From a phage, in assembly GCA_026209155.1 (NCBI GenBank), contig GCA_026209155.1_3056.1: a stretch of 64,000 bases of DNA; one strand, 5' to 3'. Each line of letters begins with the position of its first letter. Positions within the stretch are counted from its first letter, which is position 1. Position numbers and translations under genes: made by a program. This document shows, piece after piece, positions 1 to 11,036 of the stretch. The notes beneath the pieces are model-generated. The model saw nothing but the letters and a program-made list of their open reading frames with translations, searched no databases and had not been told where the DNA came from.

Positions 1-524
<524 letters not shown>

Positions 525-551
525 AATAAAATGGGCCTTGTGGCCCACTCC

Positions 552-1730
552 TTAAAAATATTTTTTAAAACTCATCATAACTTTATCATCAACATCATTA
601 TCAATCTGTGCTACAAGGTAAGATGACAGTTCTACTTCTTGTGGCGCGGATTGAACATTATCAGAATTAAGATATTCACGAATCCAAGGATACGGATGTT
701 TAACCGGAGCATCAGTAATTGGGCATGGAAGACCGCACTGTTTCATACGAGATACAGTTAAGTAATCAATAAAGCTCCACATGCTATTTGTATTTAATCC
801 AGGAACATCGCCATCTTTAAATAAATGAACTGCCCAGTCTTTTTCTTGACGGTTAACTTCCATGAAAATATCAACTGCTTCTTGTTCACACTCTTGAGCA
901 ATTTTAACCCATTCATCGCCATCAGTACCAGATTGAAGTTGACGAATAATATATTGGGTGCCTTTAAGGTGAAGCTGTTCATCGCGTGCAATGAACTTCA
1001 TAATCTTGGCATTACCTTCCATGATTTCCATGTTTTTATGGAAGTTAAAGGTACATGCGAAAGATACATAAAAACGAATAGCTTCCAATGCGTTGATTAC
1101 ATGCAAACAGAGGTAAAGAGATTTCATTAGCTCATGCTTCCAATATGTCTCATGCTCAATAGCATCTTCAATAACGTCTTCGTCTGCATTAATTTCTTTT
1201 TGGTATTCGATATCAGCTTTAGCGTTTTCCCAATAACGAGTTTTAATCAGAACATCATCATAATAACGTCCAATGGATTCAGCACGTTTCATAATAGCTT
1301 CATCTAATACAATCTCATCAAATACCTTTGACGGATCAGTATAAAGATTTCGCATGATATGTGTATATGAACGGCTGTGAATAGTTTCACTAAAAGTCCA
1401 TGTAGCAACCCATGTATCAAGACTCGGGTCTGAAATTAATGACATAAGTACAGCAGATGGCGCACGACCCTGAATGCTATCCAAAAGTGATTGATACTTC
1501 AGGTTATTAGTAAAAATATTTTGCTGATACTGAGGAAGCTTATTAAACTGTGCAGCATCCATCATTAAGTTTACTTCTTCAGGACGCCAGAAAAATGACA
1601 ATTGCTTTTCGGTTAAATCTTCAAAAACTTTATGACGTTGAATATCATAACGCGCAATACCAAGACCTGAACCAAAAAACATAGGTTCTTTTAAAACATC
1701 AACTGGATTTGTATTAAAAACTGTGCTCAT
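552..1730 (-). CDS. nrdB: Ribonucleotide reductase small subunit, uninterrupted
   Basis: 392-aa ORF with di-iron RNR beta character, immediately downstream of nrdA; no intron. Confidence 0.93.
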   Translation of the reverse strand: MSTVFNTNPVDVLKEPMFFGSGLGIARYDIQRHKVFEDLTEKQLSFFWRPEEVNLMMDAAQFNKLPQYQQNIFTNNLKYQSLLDSIQGRAPSAVLMSLISDPSLDTWVATWTFSETIHSRSYTHIMRNLYTDPSKVFDEIVLDEAIMKRAESIGRYYDDVLIKTRYWENAKADIEYQKEINADEDVIEDAIEHETYWKHELMKSLYLCLHVINALEAIRFYVSFACTFNFHKNMEIMEGNAKIMKFIARDEQLHLKGTQYIIRQLQSGTDGDEWVKIAQECEQEAVDIFMEVNRQEKDWAVHLFKDGDVPGLNTNSMWSFIDYLTVSRMKQCGLPCPITDAPVKHPYPWIREYLNSDNVQSAPQEVELSSYLVAQIDNDVDDKVMMSFKKYF

Positions 1731-1781
1731 AAATTTTCCGCTTAGTTAATAGATAGTGACTCGTCCATGAGTCAAATTATA

Positions 1782-4046
1782 TCATAATTTACAGGATGAA
1801 CAATCTTCAGCTTTTGGAGTTTCTATTTCATAATCATCAGTACCAGAACCATCACGGGTATTATGATAATAGAAATTTTTAATGCCATAATACCATCCGT
1901 ATAGCATGTCATCAATCATTATTGACATTGGAACCTTTCCTTTTGGAAAAATCTGCGGGTCATAGTATGTATTTGCTGAAGCTGATTGACATACCCATTT
2001 CAGCATAATAGCTACCTGTGTAAGATAAGGTTTATTACCTTTCTTAGCTAATTTCCACGTATAATCATATAGGTCTATGTTATGCTCAATATTGGGCACG
2101 ACTTGATTAAAGGAACCCTCTTTTGATTCTTTAACAGAGACTGGTCCACGTGGAGGCTCGATACCGTTTGTACTGTTAGAAACTTGGGAAGATGACTCAC
2201 ATGGCATAAGTGCTGATAATGTGCTATTACGGATGCCAAAGAGCTTAAGGTCTTCCCGCAGCGACGACCAGTCACAAACGTATTTTGGAGCTGCGATTTG
2301 GTCAATCTTTTTATTGTACCAGTCGATAGGTAATTCACCTCGAGACCAACGAGTGTCTGAATAATATTCGCAAGGTCCTTTTTCTTTGGCGAGCTTAATG
2401 GATGCTTTAATGAGTCCATACTGTAATCTCTCAAATAGTTCATGTGTTAAATCGTTGGCATCTTCATAAGAAGCAAAGTTACTTGCCAGCCAAGCTGCAT
2501 AGTTTGTAACACCTACACCGAGGTTACGACGCTTTTTAGCTTTTTCTGCTTCAGGAACTGGATATCCTTGGTAATCCAAAAGATTATCAAGAGCACGAAC
2601 TTGAACTTCTGCCAATTCATTAATTTTATCTTGGTCTTGCCAGTCAAAATTATCTAGTACGAATGCAGAGAGAGTGCACAATCCAATTTCAGCATCAGGA
2701 CTATTCACATCATTTGTTGGAATAGCAATTTCACAACACAAGTTACTCTGGCGAATAGGTGCCTTTTCACGAATAAACGGAGTATAGTTATTCGTATTAT
2801 CAATGAACTGTACATAAATCCTTGCTGTTCCTGAACGTTCAGTCATGAGCAATTCAAATAGTTCACGGGCTTTAATACGCTTTTTACGAATATTAGGGTC
2901 TTTTTCTGCCGCTTCGTATAATTCACGGAAACGGTCTTGGTCTTTAAAATAAGAATAATAAAGCTCTCCACCCATTTCATGTGGACTGAACAAAGTAATG
3001 TAGTCGTTCTTTCCAAAACGTTCCATCATTAGGTCATTCAGTTGAACGCCATAATCCATATGACGAATGCGGTTTTCTTCTACGCCTTTGTTATTTTTCA
3101 AAACGAGAAGATTTTCAACTTCCAAATGCCAAATAGGATAATAAGCAGTAGCAGCGCCGCCACGAATTCCACCCTGTGAACATGATTTAACTGCAGTCTG
3201 AAAATGTTTCCAAAAAGGAATAACACCGGTATGGCGTACTTCACCCATGCCAATCTTAGAACCTTCGGCACGAATCATACCAACGTTAATACCAATTCCA
3301 GCACGTTTGGAGATATATTCAACAATTGAAGCGGAAGCCTTATTGATAGACTTCAATGAATCTCCTGCCTCAATAACAACACATGAACTAAACTGTCGAG
3401 TCGGAGTACGGCAACCAGCCATAATAGGAGTTGGCAATGAAATCTGTCGAGTAGATACTGCTTCATAAAAACGGATAACATGTTTTAATCTATCAACAGG
3501 TTCGTCTTGATGCAATGCCATTCCAATAGCCATAAATGCAAACTGTGGAGTTTCATAAATTTGACCAGTGGTTTTATCTTTAACGAGATATTTTTCTTTT
3601 AATTGCATCGCCCCGGAATAAGTAAATTCCATATCCCGCTCGTGCTTAATTTTTGATTCTAAAAATGTAATTTCTTCTGCAGAATATTTTGACAACAATT
3701 CAGGGTCATATTTACCTTCATTTACACAGTAAGAAATATGGTCAATAAATGAACGTGGTTCATATTGTCCGTAAACATGCTTACGAAGAGCAAACATTAA
3801 ACAGCGTGCAGCTACATATTGATAATCAGGCTCTTCAACTGAAATAGAATTCGCAGCAGCCTTAATTACAATGGTTTGAATGTCATCAGTGGTCATTCCA
3901 TCACGGAGATATGATTTAATATTTTCATATAATTCATAAGGATCTACAGATGTTCCTTCGGCTGCCCAAGATAAAACTTTAATAATTTTTTGCGGGTCAA
4001 AGCTCTGAGAAACACCACTACTTTTGATAACATTAATTAATTGCAT
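1782..4046 (-). CDS. nrdA: Ribonucleotide reductase large subunit
   Basis: 754 aa, same length as T4 NrdA; class I RNR alpha motifs; end signature CSSCKL-like. Confidence 0.95.
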   Translation of the reverse strand: MQLINVIKSSGVSQSFDPQKIIKVLSWAAEGTSVDPYELYENIKSYLRDGMTTDDIQTIVIKAAANSISVEEPDYQYVAARCLMFALRKHVYGQYEPRSFIDHISYCVNEGKYDPELLSKYSAEEITFLESKIKHERDMEFTYSGAMQLKEKYLVKDKTTGQIYETPQFAFMAIGMALHQDEPVDRLKHVIRFYEAVSTRQISLPTPIMAGCRTPTRQFSSCVVIEAGDSLKSINKASASIVEYISKRAGIGINVGMIRAEGSKIGMGEVRHTGVIPFWKHFQTAVKSCSQGGIRGGAATAYYPIWHLEVENLLVLKNNKGVEENRIRHMDYGVQLNDLMMERFGKNDYITLFSPHEMGGELYYSYFKDQDRFRELYEAAEKDPNIRKKRIKARELFELLMTERSGTARIYVQFIDNTNNYTPFIREKAPIRQSNLCCEIAIPTNDVNSPDAEIGLCTLSAFVLDNFDWQDQDKINELAEVQVRALDNLLDYQGYPVPEAEKAKKRRNLGVGVTNYAAWLASNFASYEDANDLTHELFERLQYGLIKASIKLAKEKGPCEYYSDTRWSRGELPIDWYNKKIDQIAAPKYVCDWSSLREDLKLFGIRNSTLSALMPCESSSQVSNSTNGIEPPRGPVSVKESKEGSFNQVVPNIEHNIDLYDYTWKLAKKGNKPYLTQVAIMLKWVCQSASANTYYDPQIFPKGKVPMSIMIDDMLYGWYYGIKNFYYHNTRDGSGTDDYEIETPKAEDCSSCKL

Positions 4047-4363
4047 AAGTCCTCAACTTGAAAATCGTCTTTAAACAATCGGTTAACTATATGAGCTATT
4101 ATATCACCATGACACGGCTTTGGTTTACATGTGCATCCTAGCCTCATTCCACGTAAAGGCTCTAAATGTGCTTTAGTTATTTCTCCGGATTTAATTCGAC
4201 GTATAAAATCTTTTTTGAATAATTCAATGGCAGCCTCCCGGCTGCCAGCATCTTTACCGACGTAATTTCCCCAAAATGTACCACGGTGAATATTAACATC
4301 AAAGTCGGATTTATATTTATTCACTACCCGACATAGACGGCCCGCGTGGTAATAATTCGTCAT
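4037..4363 (-). CDS. Hypothetical small protein upstream of nrdA (nrdA.1-like), Cys/His cluster [11 protein letters not shown]
   Basis: 108-aa ORF, same strand, start overlaps next ORF, stop overlaps nrdA start. Confidence 0.55.
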   Translation of the reverse strand: MTNYYHAGRLCRVVNKYKSDFDVNIHRGTFWGNYVGKDAGSREAAIELFKKDFIRRIKSGEITKAHLEPLRGMRLGCTCKPKPCHGDIIAHIVNRLFKDDFQVEDLCN

Positions 4364-4592
4364 ATTGTTTTTCCGTTAAAACAGTAATATCATAATAACA
4401 ATCAGAAGAAGTTTTAACTGTAGAAATTTTATTATCAAAATACTCACGAGTCATTTTATGAGTATAATATTTTTTGCCATAAATGATAATAGGCTGATTT
4501 GGTCCTGGAACTTCTAACTCACTTGGGTTAGGAAGTGTAAAAAGAACTACACCAGAAGTATCTTTAAATCGTAAAATCATATATCCTCGCAA
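4317..4592 (-). CDS. Hypothetical small protein (nrdA.2-like)
   Basis: 91-aa ORF in operon context between td exon 2 and nrdA. Confidence 0.5.
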   Translation of the reverse strand: MRGYMILRFKDTSGVVLFTLPNPSELEVPGPNQPIIIYGKKYYTHKMTREYFDNKISTVKTSSDCYYDITVLTEKQYDELLPRGPSMSGSE

Positions 4593-4603
4593 TTAATAAT
4601 TAA

Positions 4604-4915
4604 TTACACCGCCATTTTTCCTTTAATAGGAGGGTGTGATTCGTAACCTTTAAGAACGAAATCTTTAGGCCTGAGTTTAAGAACATATTTTAATTGTTCT
4701 TTAGTAGAAAGATAACGGAATTTATAAGGCAATCCGCTTATTACCAGTTCACAAAGCTCTTTAGGTTCACGACGTAAAATTTCTTTACATTGTTCTACGT
4801 GATTCATATAGATATGAGTATTACCGCCAGAAAATATCAAATCTCCAGGAATAAGATTACACATCTTAGCTACAATATGAACTAACGCAGCATATGATGC
4901 AATATTAAATGGAAG
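4604..4915 (-). CDS. td: Thymidylate synthase exon 2 (C-terminal 103 aa, begins LPFNIASY)
   Basis: TS motif LPFNIASYAALVHIVA; the track ATG at 4916-4918 is the last three intron nucleotides, not a real start. Confidence 0.9.
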   Translation of the reverse strand, partial: LPFNIASYAALVHIVAKMCNLIPGDLIFSGGNTHIYMNHVEQCKEILRREPKELCELVISGLPYKFRYLSTKEQLKYVLKLRPKDFVLKGYESHPPIKGKMAV

Positions 4916-5931
4916 CATTATGTTCAGATAAGGTCGTTAATCTTACCCCGGAATTATATCCAGCTGCATGTCACCATGCAGATCAGACTATATCTCCAAC
5001 TTGTTAAAGCAAGTTGTCTATCGTTTCGAGTCACTTGACCCTACTCCCCAAAGGGATAGTCGTTAGGCATTTATGTAGAACCAATTCCATTTATCAGATT
5101 TTACACGATAAGTAACTAATCCAGACGAAATTTTAAAATGTCTAGCTGCATCTGCTGCACAATCAAAAATAACCCCATCACATGAAATCTTTTTAATATT
5201 ACTAGGCTTTTTACCTTTCATCTTTTCTGATATTTTAGATTTAGTTATGTCTGAATGCTTATGATTAAAGAATGAATTATTTTCACCTGAACGATTTCTG
5301 CATTTACTACAAGTATAAGCAGAAGTTTGTATGCGAACACCGCACTTACAAAACTTATGGGTTTCTGGATTCCAACGCCCGTTTTTACTTCCGGGTTTAC
5401 TGTAAAGAGCTTTCCGACCATCAGGTCCAAGTTTAAGCATCTTAGCTTTAACAGTTTCAGAACGTTTCTTAATAATTTCTTCTTTTAATGGATGCGTAGA
5501 ACATGTATCACCAAACGTTGCATCAGCAATATTGTATCCATTAATTTTAGAATTAAGCTCTTTAATCCAAAAATTTTCTCGTTCAATAATCAAATCTTTC
5601 TCATATGGAATTTCTTCCAAAATAGAACATTCAAACACATTACCATGTTTGTTAAAAGACCTCTGAAGCTTTATAGAAGAATGGCATCCTTTTTCTAAAT
5701 CTTTAAAATGCCTCTTCCATCTCTTTTCAAAATCTTTAGCACTTCCTACATATACTTTATTGTTTAAAGTATTTTTAATCTGATAAATTCCGCTTTTCAT
5801 AAATACCTCTTTAAATATAGAAGTATTTATTAAAGGGCAGTCCTACAATTTAGCACGGGATTGTCTACTAGAGAGGTTCCCCGTTTAGATAGATTACAAG
5901 TATAAGTCACCTTATACTCAGGCCTCAATTA
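4916..5931 (-). mobile_element. Group I self-splicing intron in td (1016 nt) carrying the I-TevI gene
   Basis: Exon 1 ends ...CTTGGGT; intron begins TAATTGAGGCCTGAGTATAAGG (minus strand), ends ...AATG before exon 2 CTTCCATTTAAT; matches remembered T4 td intron ends and length. Confidence 0.9.
5063..5800 (-). CDS. Intron-encoded GIY-YIG homing endonuclease I-TevI (245 aa)
   Basis: N-terminal GIYQIKNTLNNKVYVGSAKDFEKRWKRH GIY-YIG motif; NUMOD3-like and Zn-finger region (CKCGVRIQTSAYTCSKC); lies inside the td intron. Confidence 0.92.
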   Translation of the reverse strand: MKSGIYQIKNTLNNKVYVGSAKDFEKRWKRHFKDLEKGCHSSIKLQRSFNKHGNVFECSILEEIPYEKDLIIERENFWIKELNSKINGYNIADATFGDTCSTHPLKEEIIKKRSETVKAKMLKLGPDGRKALYSKPGSKNGRWNPETHKFCKCGVRIQTSAYTCSKCRNRSGENNSFFNHKHSDITKSKISEKMKGKKPSNIKKISCDGVIFDCAADAARHFKISSGLVTYRVKSDKWNWFYINA

Positions 5932-6480
5932 ACCCAAGAAAACATCTACTGATCGTTGATACCACTGCAAATCCAAATAGCCATTACGCACATTAAACTG
6001 ATAGAACATATGACAAGGCGGTAATGCCATTTGCTTGAGTTCAGCTGGATTCCATGCTGAAACAACTTGACGTCTATCATTTGGCAGTTTTTTAATACGA
6101 TCAATAACTTCTACAATTTGGTCTACACCGCCAAAATCACGCCATTGTTTTCCATAAATTGGACCAAGTTCACCGCTATGGTATCCTAAATCTTTTGCTT
6201 GATTTTCGTAATTTTCATCCCAGACTGTTTTGCCTTGAATTAATGAATCATGCTGAATTAATCGTAAATCATTTACGTTAGTACTTCCTGACAAAAACCA
6301 TATTAGCTCAGCAATACAAGCTTTCCAGGCGAGCTTCTTAGTCGTTACTGCAGGAAAACCTTTAGTTAAATCCCAGCGTAATTTAGTACCGAACAAAGCA
6401 ATTGTTCCTGTGCCTGTTCGGTCATCGGTTTCATAGCCATTTTCAAAAATGTCTTTAATTAAATCTTGGTATTGTTTCAT
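5932..6480 (-). CDS. td: Thymidylate synthase exon 1 (N-terminal 183 aa, ends DVFLG)
   Basis: TS motifs (RTGTGT, active-site region PPCH); in-frame TAA is the first intron codon. Confidence 0.9.
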
Positions 6481-6525
6481 TTAGTACCTTATATAAATTA
6501 TAATACATTTTATGAAGCTAAATAA

Positions 6526-6885
6526 TCAATACGGTTTAGCATCAAATTTTCTTTCAATTTCAGGCGTGAAATACAATTCTTTACCGCGTTTGGAAAAGCG
6601 ACCAATAATATGATAATTATTCTCATCAAACGTAATATTGCCAATATCCATAGCTTTCAACCAAATATCGATATTTCTATCCAGTTTTATATCAAAATTC
6701 CAATACGGAGAACTATTACCGAAAATACTGCAAGCGGATTCAGTGAAACAACTACTATAAATCTTGTCTTTAGGAACTACTAATTGATAGACGCCTTTAA
6801 TAAACTGAGGACCCTGCCATTTTGGTTGTTTCGCGTCTTTTTCTAATAGAATAGGGTAATAATTAAAATTCATATTTTCCGCCAC
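6526..6885 (-). CDS. Hypothetical protein, 119 aa, between frd and td
   Basis: ORF in the frd-td interval; I remember frd and td as directly overlapping in T4, so likely an insertion. Confidence 0.5.
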   Translation of the reverse strand: MAENMNFNYYPILLEKDAKQPKWQGPQFIKGVYQLVVPKDKIYSSCFTESACSIFGNSSPYWNFDIKLDRNIDIWLKAMDIGNITFDENNYHIIGRFSKRGKELYFTPEIERKFDAKPY

Positions 6886-6893
6886 GTGTTATT

Positions 6894-7720
<827 letters not shown>

Positions 7721-7731
7721 ATCATCTCCAA

Positions 7732-8064
7732 TTAAAAAGGATCAGGAACGTATCCGCTAGCTTTAATCATTTTAATTAACGTTAACATTCCTTTGTTAAC
7801 TGCTCGTGAGATTTCATCAAAAGCTTCAGGATTAAAAAGTTCTAACACGCCCTTCTGAACTTTTAATTTACAGCCAACAATTTCTTCATCGCCTATAGTA
7901 AATTCATTACCACCAATTCCTCCGAAAAACTTAATTACACCAGTTAACTGTCTTCCACGAGAATATGGGTCGTGTGATAAATTAATATGAGTCACCCCGG
8001 GTACAGTTTTAAATTGGCAGCGAATGTTTACTTGGGAAATTCCAGTTACATGAATATCAGACAT
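7732..8064 (-). CDS. Hypothetical protein (frd.x-like)
   Basis: 110-aa ORF in same-strand array. Confidence 0.5.
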   Translation of the reverse strand: MSDIHVTGISQVNIRCQFKTVPGVTHINLSHDPYSRGRQLTGVIKFFGGIGGNEFTIGDEEIVGCKLKVQKGVLELFNPEAFDEISRAVNKGMLTLIKMIKASGYVPDPF

Positions 8065-8074
8065 AATATTTTCC

Positions 8075-8374
8075 TCAAACAGACTTTTTCACAATTTTCC
8101 AATCAGCTTTAAACTGTTCAACGTCAGAATGGTAAATCCAGAATCCTGCGCTTTCTCCATCCTCATAAAGAGGGCATCCATCACATTCATCTTCCCATCC
8201 CATATCACGCAAAAGACGTTCAGCTTTTTCAACAAGTTCAGAATCTTTACCAATAATATTAAAATACCATTTACCTCTAACTTCTGAATCTTTGATACTC
8301 TGACGTTGTAATCTCATTTTATTCTCCTTAGTTGATAAGGCTATAGTATCACTACCATAGCCTGTTGTAAACAA
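8075..8374 (-). CDS. Hypothetical protein (frd.x-like)
   Basis: 99-aa ORF. Confidence 0.5.
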   Translation of the reverse strand: MFTTGYGSDTIALSTKENKMRLQRQSIKDSEVRGKWYFNIIGKDSELVEKAERLLRDMGWEDECDGCPLYEDGESAGFWIYHSDVEQFKADWKIVKKSV

Positions 8375-8668
8375 TTATTTTTGAATTTTATCGAGCCACT
8401 TACCAAGCTTAATCATTTCTTTAGTAGCCTTTTCCATACTTCTGAACTTAACCAATAGAGGATAGGTATCGACACCCATAACTAAACTGGTTACAAGACT
8501 GTGTTCACCCACAAGCCATAACGAATACGTTTGAATATCGAGCCCGTAATTTCTGTCTTTGTGGACCCGTACACCCATCACTTCAAATTTCTCACTAGCT
8601 TTTTCTACCGCATCCAGGAAATCATCTTTAGTCATATTAGGCCTTAAAAGTTTTTCGCAAAAGTTCAA
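8375..8668 (-). CDS. Hypothetical protein (frd.x-like)
   Basis: 97-aa ORF abutting previous ORF. Confidence 0.5.
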   Translation of the reverse strand: MNFCEKLLRPNMTKDDFLDAVEKASEKFEVMGVRVHKDRNYGLDIQTYSLWLVGEHSLVTSLVMGVDTYPLLVKFRSMEKATKEMIKLGKWLDKIQK

Positions 8669-9017
8669 TGATTTCGTCTACATTGTTTTCATCTACAATG
8701 CAGTGAATTTTTGTTACGCCAGAAACCTTGTCTTTGACTTCATCTTTTTCAGAAGTCGGTTCTTTATACTCACGAAAACAATGAAATTCGTCTTCGCAAA
8801 TTTCTAAAAGTCTATCTTTGAGGTAAAAATGCTTTCCATTTGCGCATTCAATGTGTTTTACTGCTTTATATCCGTTAGCGACGGAAACTTCTTTAACTTC
8901 AAACCATCCGCCATTATCTCGAATGGCTTTAACTATTGATGAATTAGAACGTGGGCTATAATTAATAAATGTATCAATAAGTCTTGGAACAAGTTCATAC
9001 TTTTTACCAGTATACAT
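8637..9017 (-). CDS. Hypothetical protein (frd.x-like)
   Basis: 126-aa ORF. Confidence 0.5.
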   Translation of the reverse strand: MYTGKKYELVPRLIDTFINYSPRSNSSIVKAIRDNGGWFEVKEVSVANGYKAVKHIECANGKHFYLKDRLLEICEDEFHCFREYKEPTSEKDEVKDKVSGVTKIHCIVDENNVDEIIELLRKTFKA

Positions 9018-9061
9018 TACGGTTTCCTCATTTTGATAGGGGCTTGATAGCCCCTTGATAA

Positions 9062-9292
9062 TTATTGTTCAATCAGTCCCATGTAAAATTCTGCGTCTTC
9101 AGAATCCATGCCATCACAATATTCATTAGCCATAAAGCGGGTGAGGTCTTCAAGAGGACCTTCAATGACAATAGAAAAATTGCAATAATTGGGATCATCG
9201 TGAATACTTGTGATGCTAAGTTCAGGATAACGATTACGAATAATTTCTTCGATATATTTAAAATCAACGATGTCAATATCAACTTTAGCCAT
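9062..9292 (-). CDS. Hypothetical small acidic protein, first gene after an early promoter
   Basis: 76-aa ORF directly downstream of promoter element at about 9325-9370. Confidence 0.5.
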   Translation of the reverse strand: MAKVDIDIVDFKYIEEIIRNRYPELSITSIHDDPNYCNFSIVIEGPLEDLTRFMANEYCDGMDSEDAEFYMGLIEQ

Positions 9293-9324
9293 ATTATTTT
9301 CCTCTTTAATTATCAGCAGTATTG

Positions 9325-9370
9325 CCGATAGTTGTATAGTACCATAGAATGCTTTGGTTGTAAACAGTTT
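9325..9370 (-). promoter_or_regulatory. T4-type early promoter (-35 GTTTAC, 17-nt spacer, -10 TATAGT-like) with conserved leader
   Basis: Minus-strand GTTTACAACCAAAGCATTCTATGGTACTATACAACTATCGG...; same block recurs at 26560, 30420, 56510. Confidence 0.5.
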
Positions 9371-9383
9371 TGTGAAAAATTTT

Positions 9384-9415
9384 TAAAATAAAAAAAGGGG
9401 ACCCTAGAGGTCCCC
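9384..9415 (-). terminator. Rho-independent terminator downstream of gene 32
   Basis: Minus-strand hairpin GGGGACC-ucuag-GGUCCCC followed by UUUUUUUAUUUU. Confidence 0.7.
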
Positions 9416-9437
9416 AATTAATTAGTAATATAATCTA

Positions 9438-10343
9438 TTAAAGGTCATTCAAAAGGTCATCCAGGTCCGTGTCATCAGCACTAGATGAACTGCCAGAGCT
9501 TGAGCTCATAAAATCATCTTCAGTTTTTGTATTGAAGTCATCAACATTGAATGCATCCAAATCATCAGCAACTTTATCGGCTTTCTTAGCAGCCGTTGCC
9601 GCAGCACCACCCATAATAGCAGTTCCCATAACTTGACTGAACTTAGTGCTCAGTTCTTCAAACGATTTGAACTTATCTTTAGAAGTCATTTCAGAAAGGT
9701 CAACCATTTGTTCGAACAGTTCTTTCTGGAAAGATTTATCGTCAATGTTTGGAATCGCAGATTGATTCAGGAATTTAGATTCATCGTAGTTACTAAATCC
9801 AGAAACCTGTTTAACTTTCAGTACAAAGTTAGCACCTTCCCACGGACAAGTTACATCAACCGGAGTTTCACCCATTTCAACATCAACTGCAATCATCGCG
9901 TTGATTTTATCCCAGATTTTCTTACCGAAACGGTATTTAAATACTTTACCTTCGTTTTCTGGAGCAGCTGGGTCTTTTACTACAAGAATGTTAGCCCAGT
10001 AAGAAGTTTTACGTTTAACAAGACTGTACTCTTTATTGTCAGTGTTGTACAGATCATTTTTACTGATGTATTGACATACTGGGCAAGAATCATAATCACC
10101 ATGGGTAGATGAACATGTTTCAATATACCATTTACCATTTTTCTTGAAACCGTGATTTACAAGAATTGCGAATGGTGCTTGTTCATCATTTTTAGACGGA
10201 AGAAAACGAATTACTGCTTGACCGTTACCCGCATTATCGAGTTTCAGTTTCCACTCGCCTTTATCTTCAGAAGAAAAACCTTTATTGCCATTCAGTTTAG
10301 CCATTTGTGCAGCAAGTTCAGCAGTAGATTTACGTTTAAACAT
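9438..10343 (-). CDS. 32: Single-stranded DNA-binding protein gp32
   Basis: 301 aa, same length as T4 gp32; Zn-binding region [12 protein letters not shown]; acidic C-terminal tail. Confidence 0.95.
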
Positions 10344-10415
10344 TTTATTTCCTTTTTAATTTAATTTAATTTAATTAACAGTTGGTGCTATGACACTTTA
10401 CCTCATAGCTGGCAT
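10344..10415 (-). promoter_or_regulatory. Gene 32 translational operator: UUAAA-repeat leader plus upstream pseudoknot-like element
   Basis: Minus-strand ...GCCAGCUAUGAGGUAAAGUGUCAUAGCACCAACUGUUAAUUAAAUUAAAUUAAAUUAAAAAGGAAAUAAAAUG; matches remembered gp32 autoregulatory site. Confidence 0.65.
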
Positions 10416-11035
10416 AATTCGCAATACTCTGGGTCTTCGAGAGGTATCCAACCTGAGTTGAAATACTTTACCATCGATTTAGCAGTTGTATCAGTTATAT
10501 TTATATTACCTTTAACTCTTCGCCATCCAGGAGTTTTACCGTACAGATTAGAGGATAATAATAACACATAATTCTCGTAAGCAATATGAGATAATTTCCA
10601 AGACTCTATATTAGCTCGTGATGTTTTCCAAGGTCTAAAATCGTCACGGTTCATATAATTAGCCAATCTCATATGCTCTCTAACTTCCGGGTCTTTGGCT
10701 GGATGAGTTTCACCACTCACACCAAATCCACCACCAGCATATACCAGATTAAAATAGTCTGGATTATCTCTGGCATTTACTTCAAGTTGGTATTTTCGTT
10801 CTGCTTCAATAACATCCAAGTCATCATCAATTTGAATTATTTTAACGCTCGGTTTTTGAAGCATTAGCGCATTCAAAAATCTTTTTTGTTTACATGAGCT
10901 CCAGTATTCCTTTCCGGAAGAGTCATATATTATTCCGTTCTCAAATGAGCAATTTAATTTACTACCGATATAGTAGTATGGCGGAGTCTTATTTTTGACA
11001 CGGTCTTCAAATGTAAACCAATATACTATATTCAT
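10403..11035 (-). CDS. Free-standing GIY-YIG homing endonuclease, segG-like (between genes 32 and 59)
   Basis: N-terminal VYWFTFEDRVKNKTPPYYYIGSK (GIY..YIG spacing); locus equals T4 segG position; paralog of ORF 62077..62964. Confidence 0.65.
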   Translation of the reverse strand: MNIVYWFTFEDRVKNKTPPYYYIGSKLNCSFENGIIYDSSGKEYWSSCKQKRFLNALMLQKPSVKIIQIDDDLDVIEAERKYQLEVNARDNPDYFNLVYAGGGFGVSGETHPAKDPEVREHMRLANYMNRDDFRPWKTSRANIESWKLSHIAYENYVLLLSSNLYGKTPGWRRVKGNINITDTTAKSMVKYFNSGWIPLEDPEYCELCQL

Positions 11036-11036
11036 A

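Noticed and set aside
825-1130. Opposite-strand ORFs nested inside well-supported genes (for example 794..991, 825..1130, 2075..2443, 3247..3468, 9633..10112, 14719..14961, 20489..20719, 21754..22101, 36493..37035, 38359..38823, 41830..42199, 53546..53833, 57978..58265)
   Set aside because: Each lies fully within a longer ORF that has a clear T4-family identity; their translations are low-complexity with no start context. Treated as frame artefacts of AT-rich DNA.
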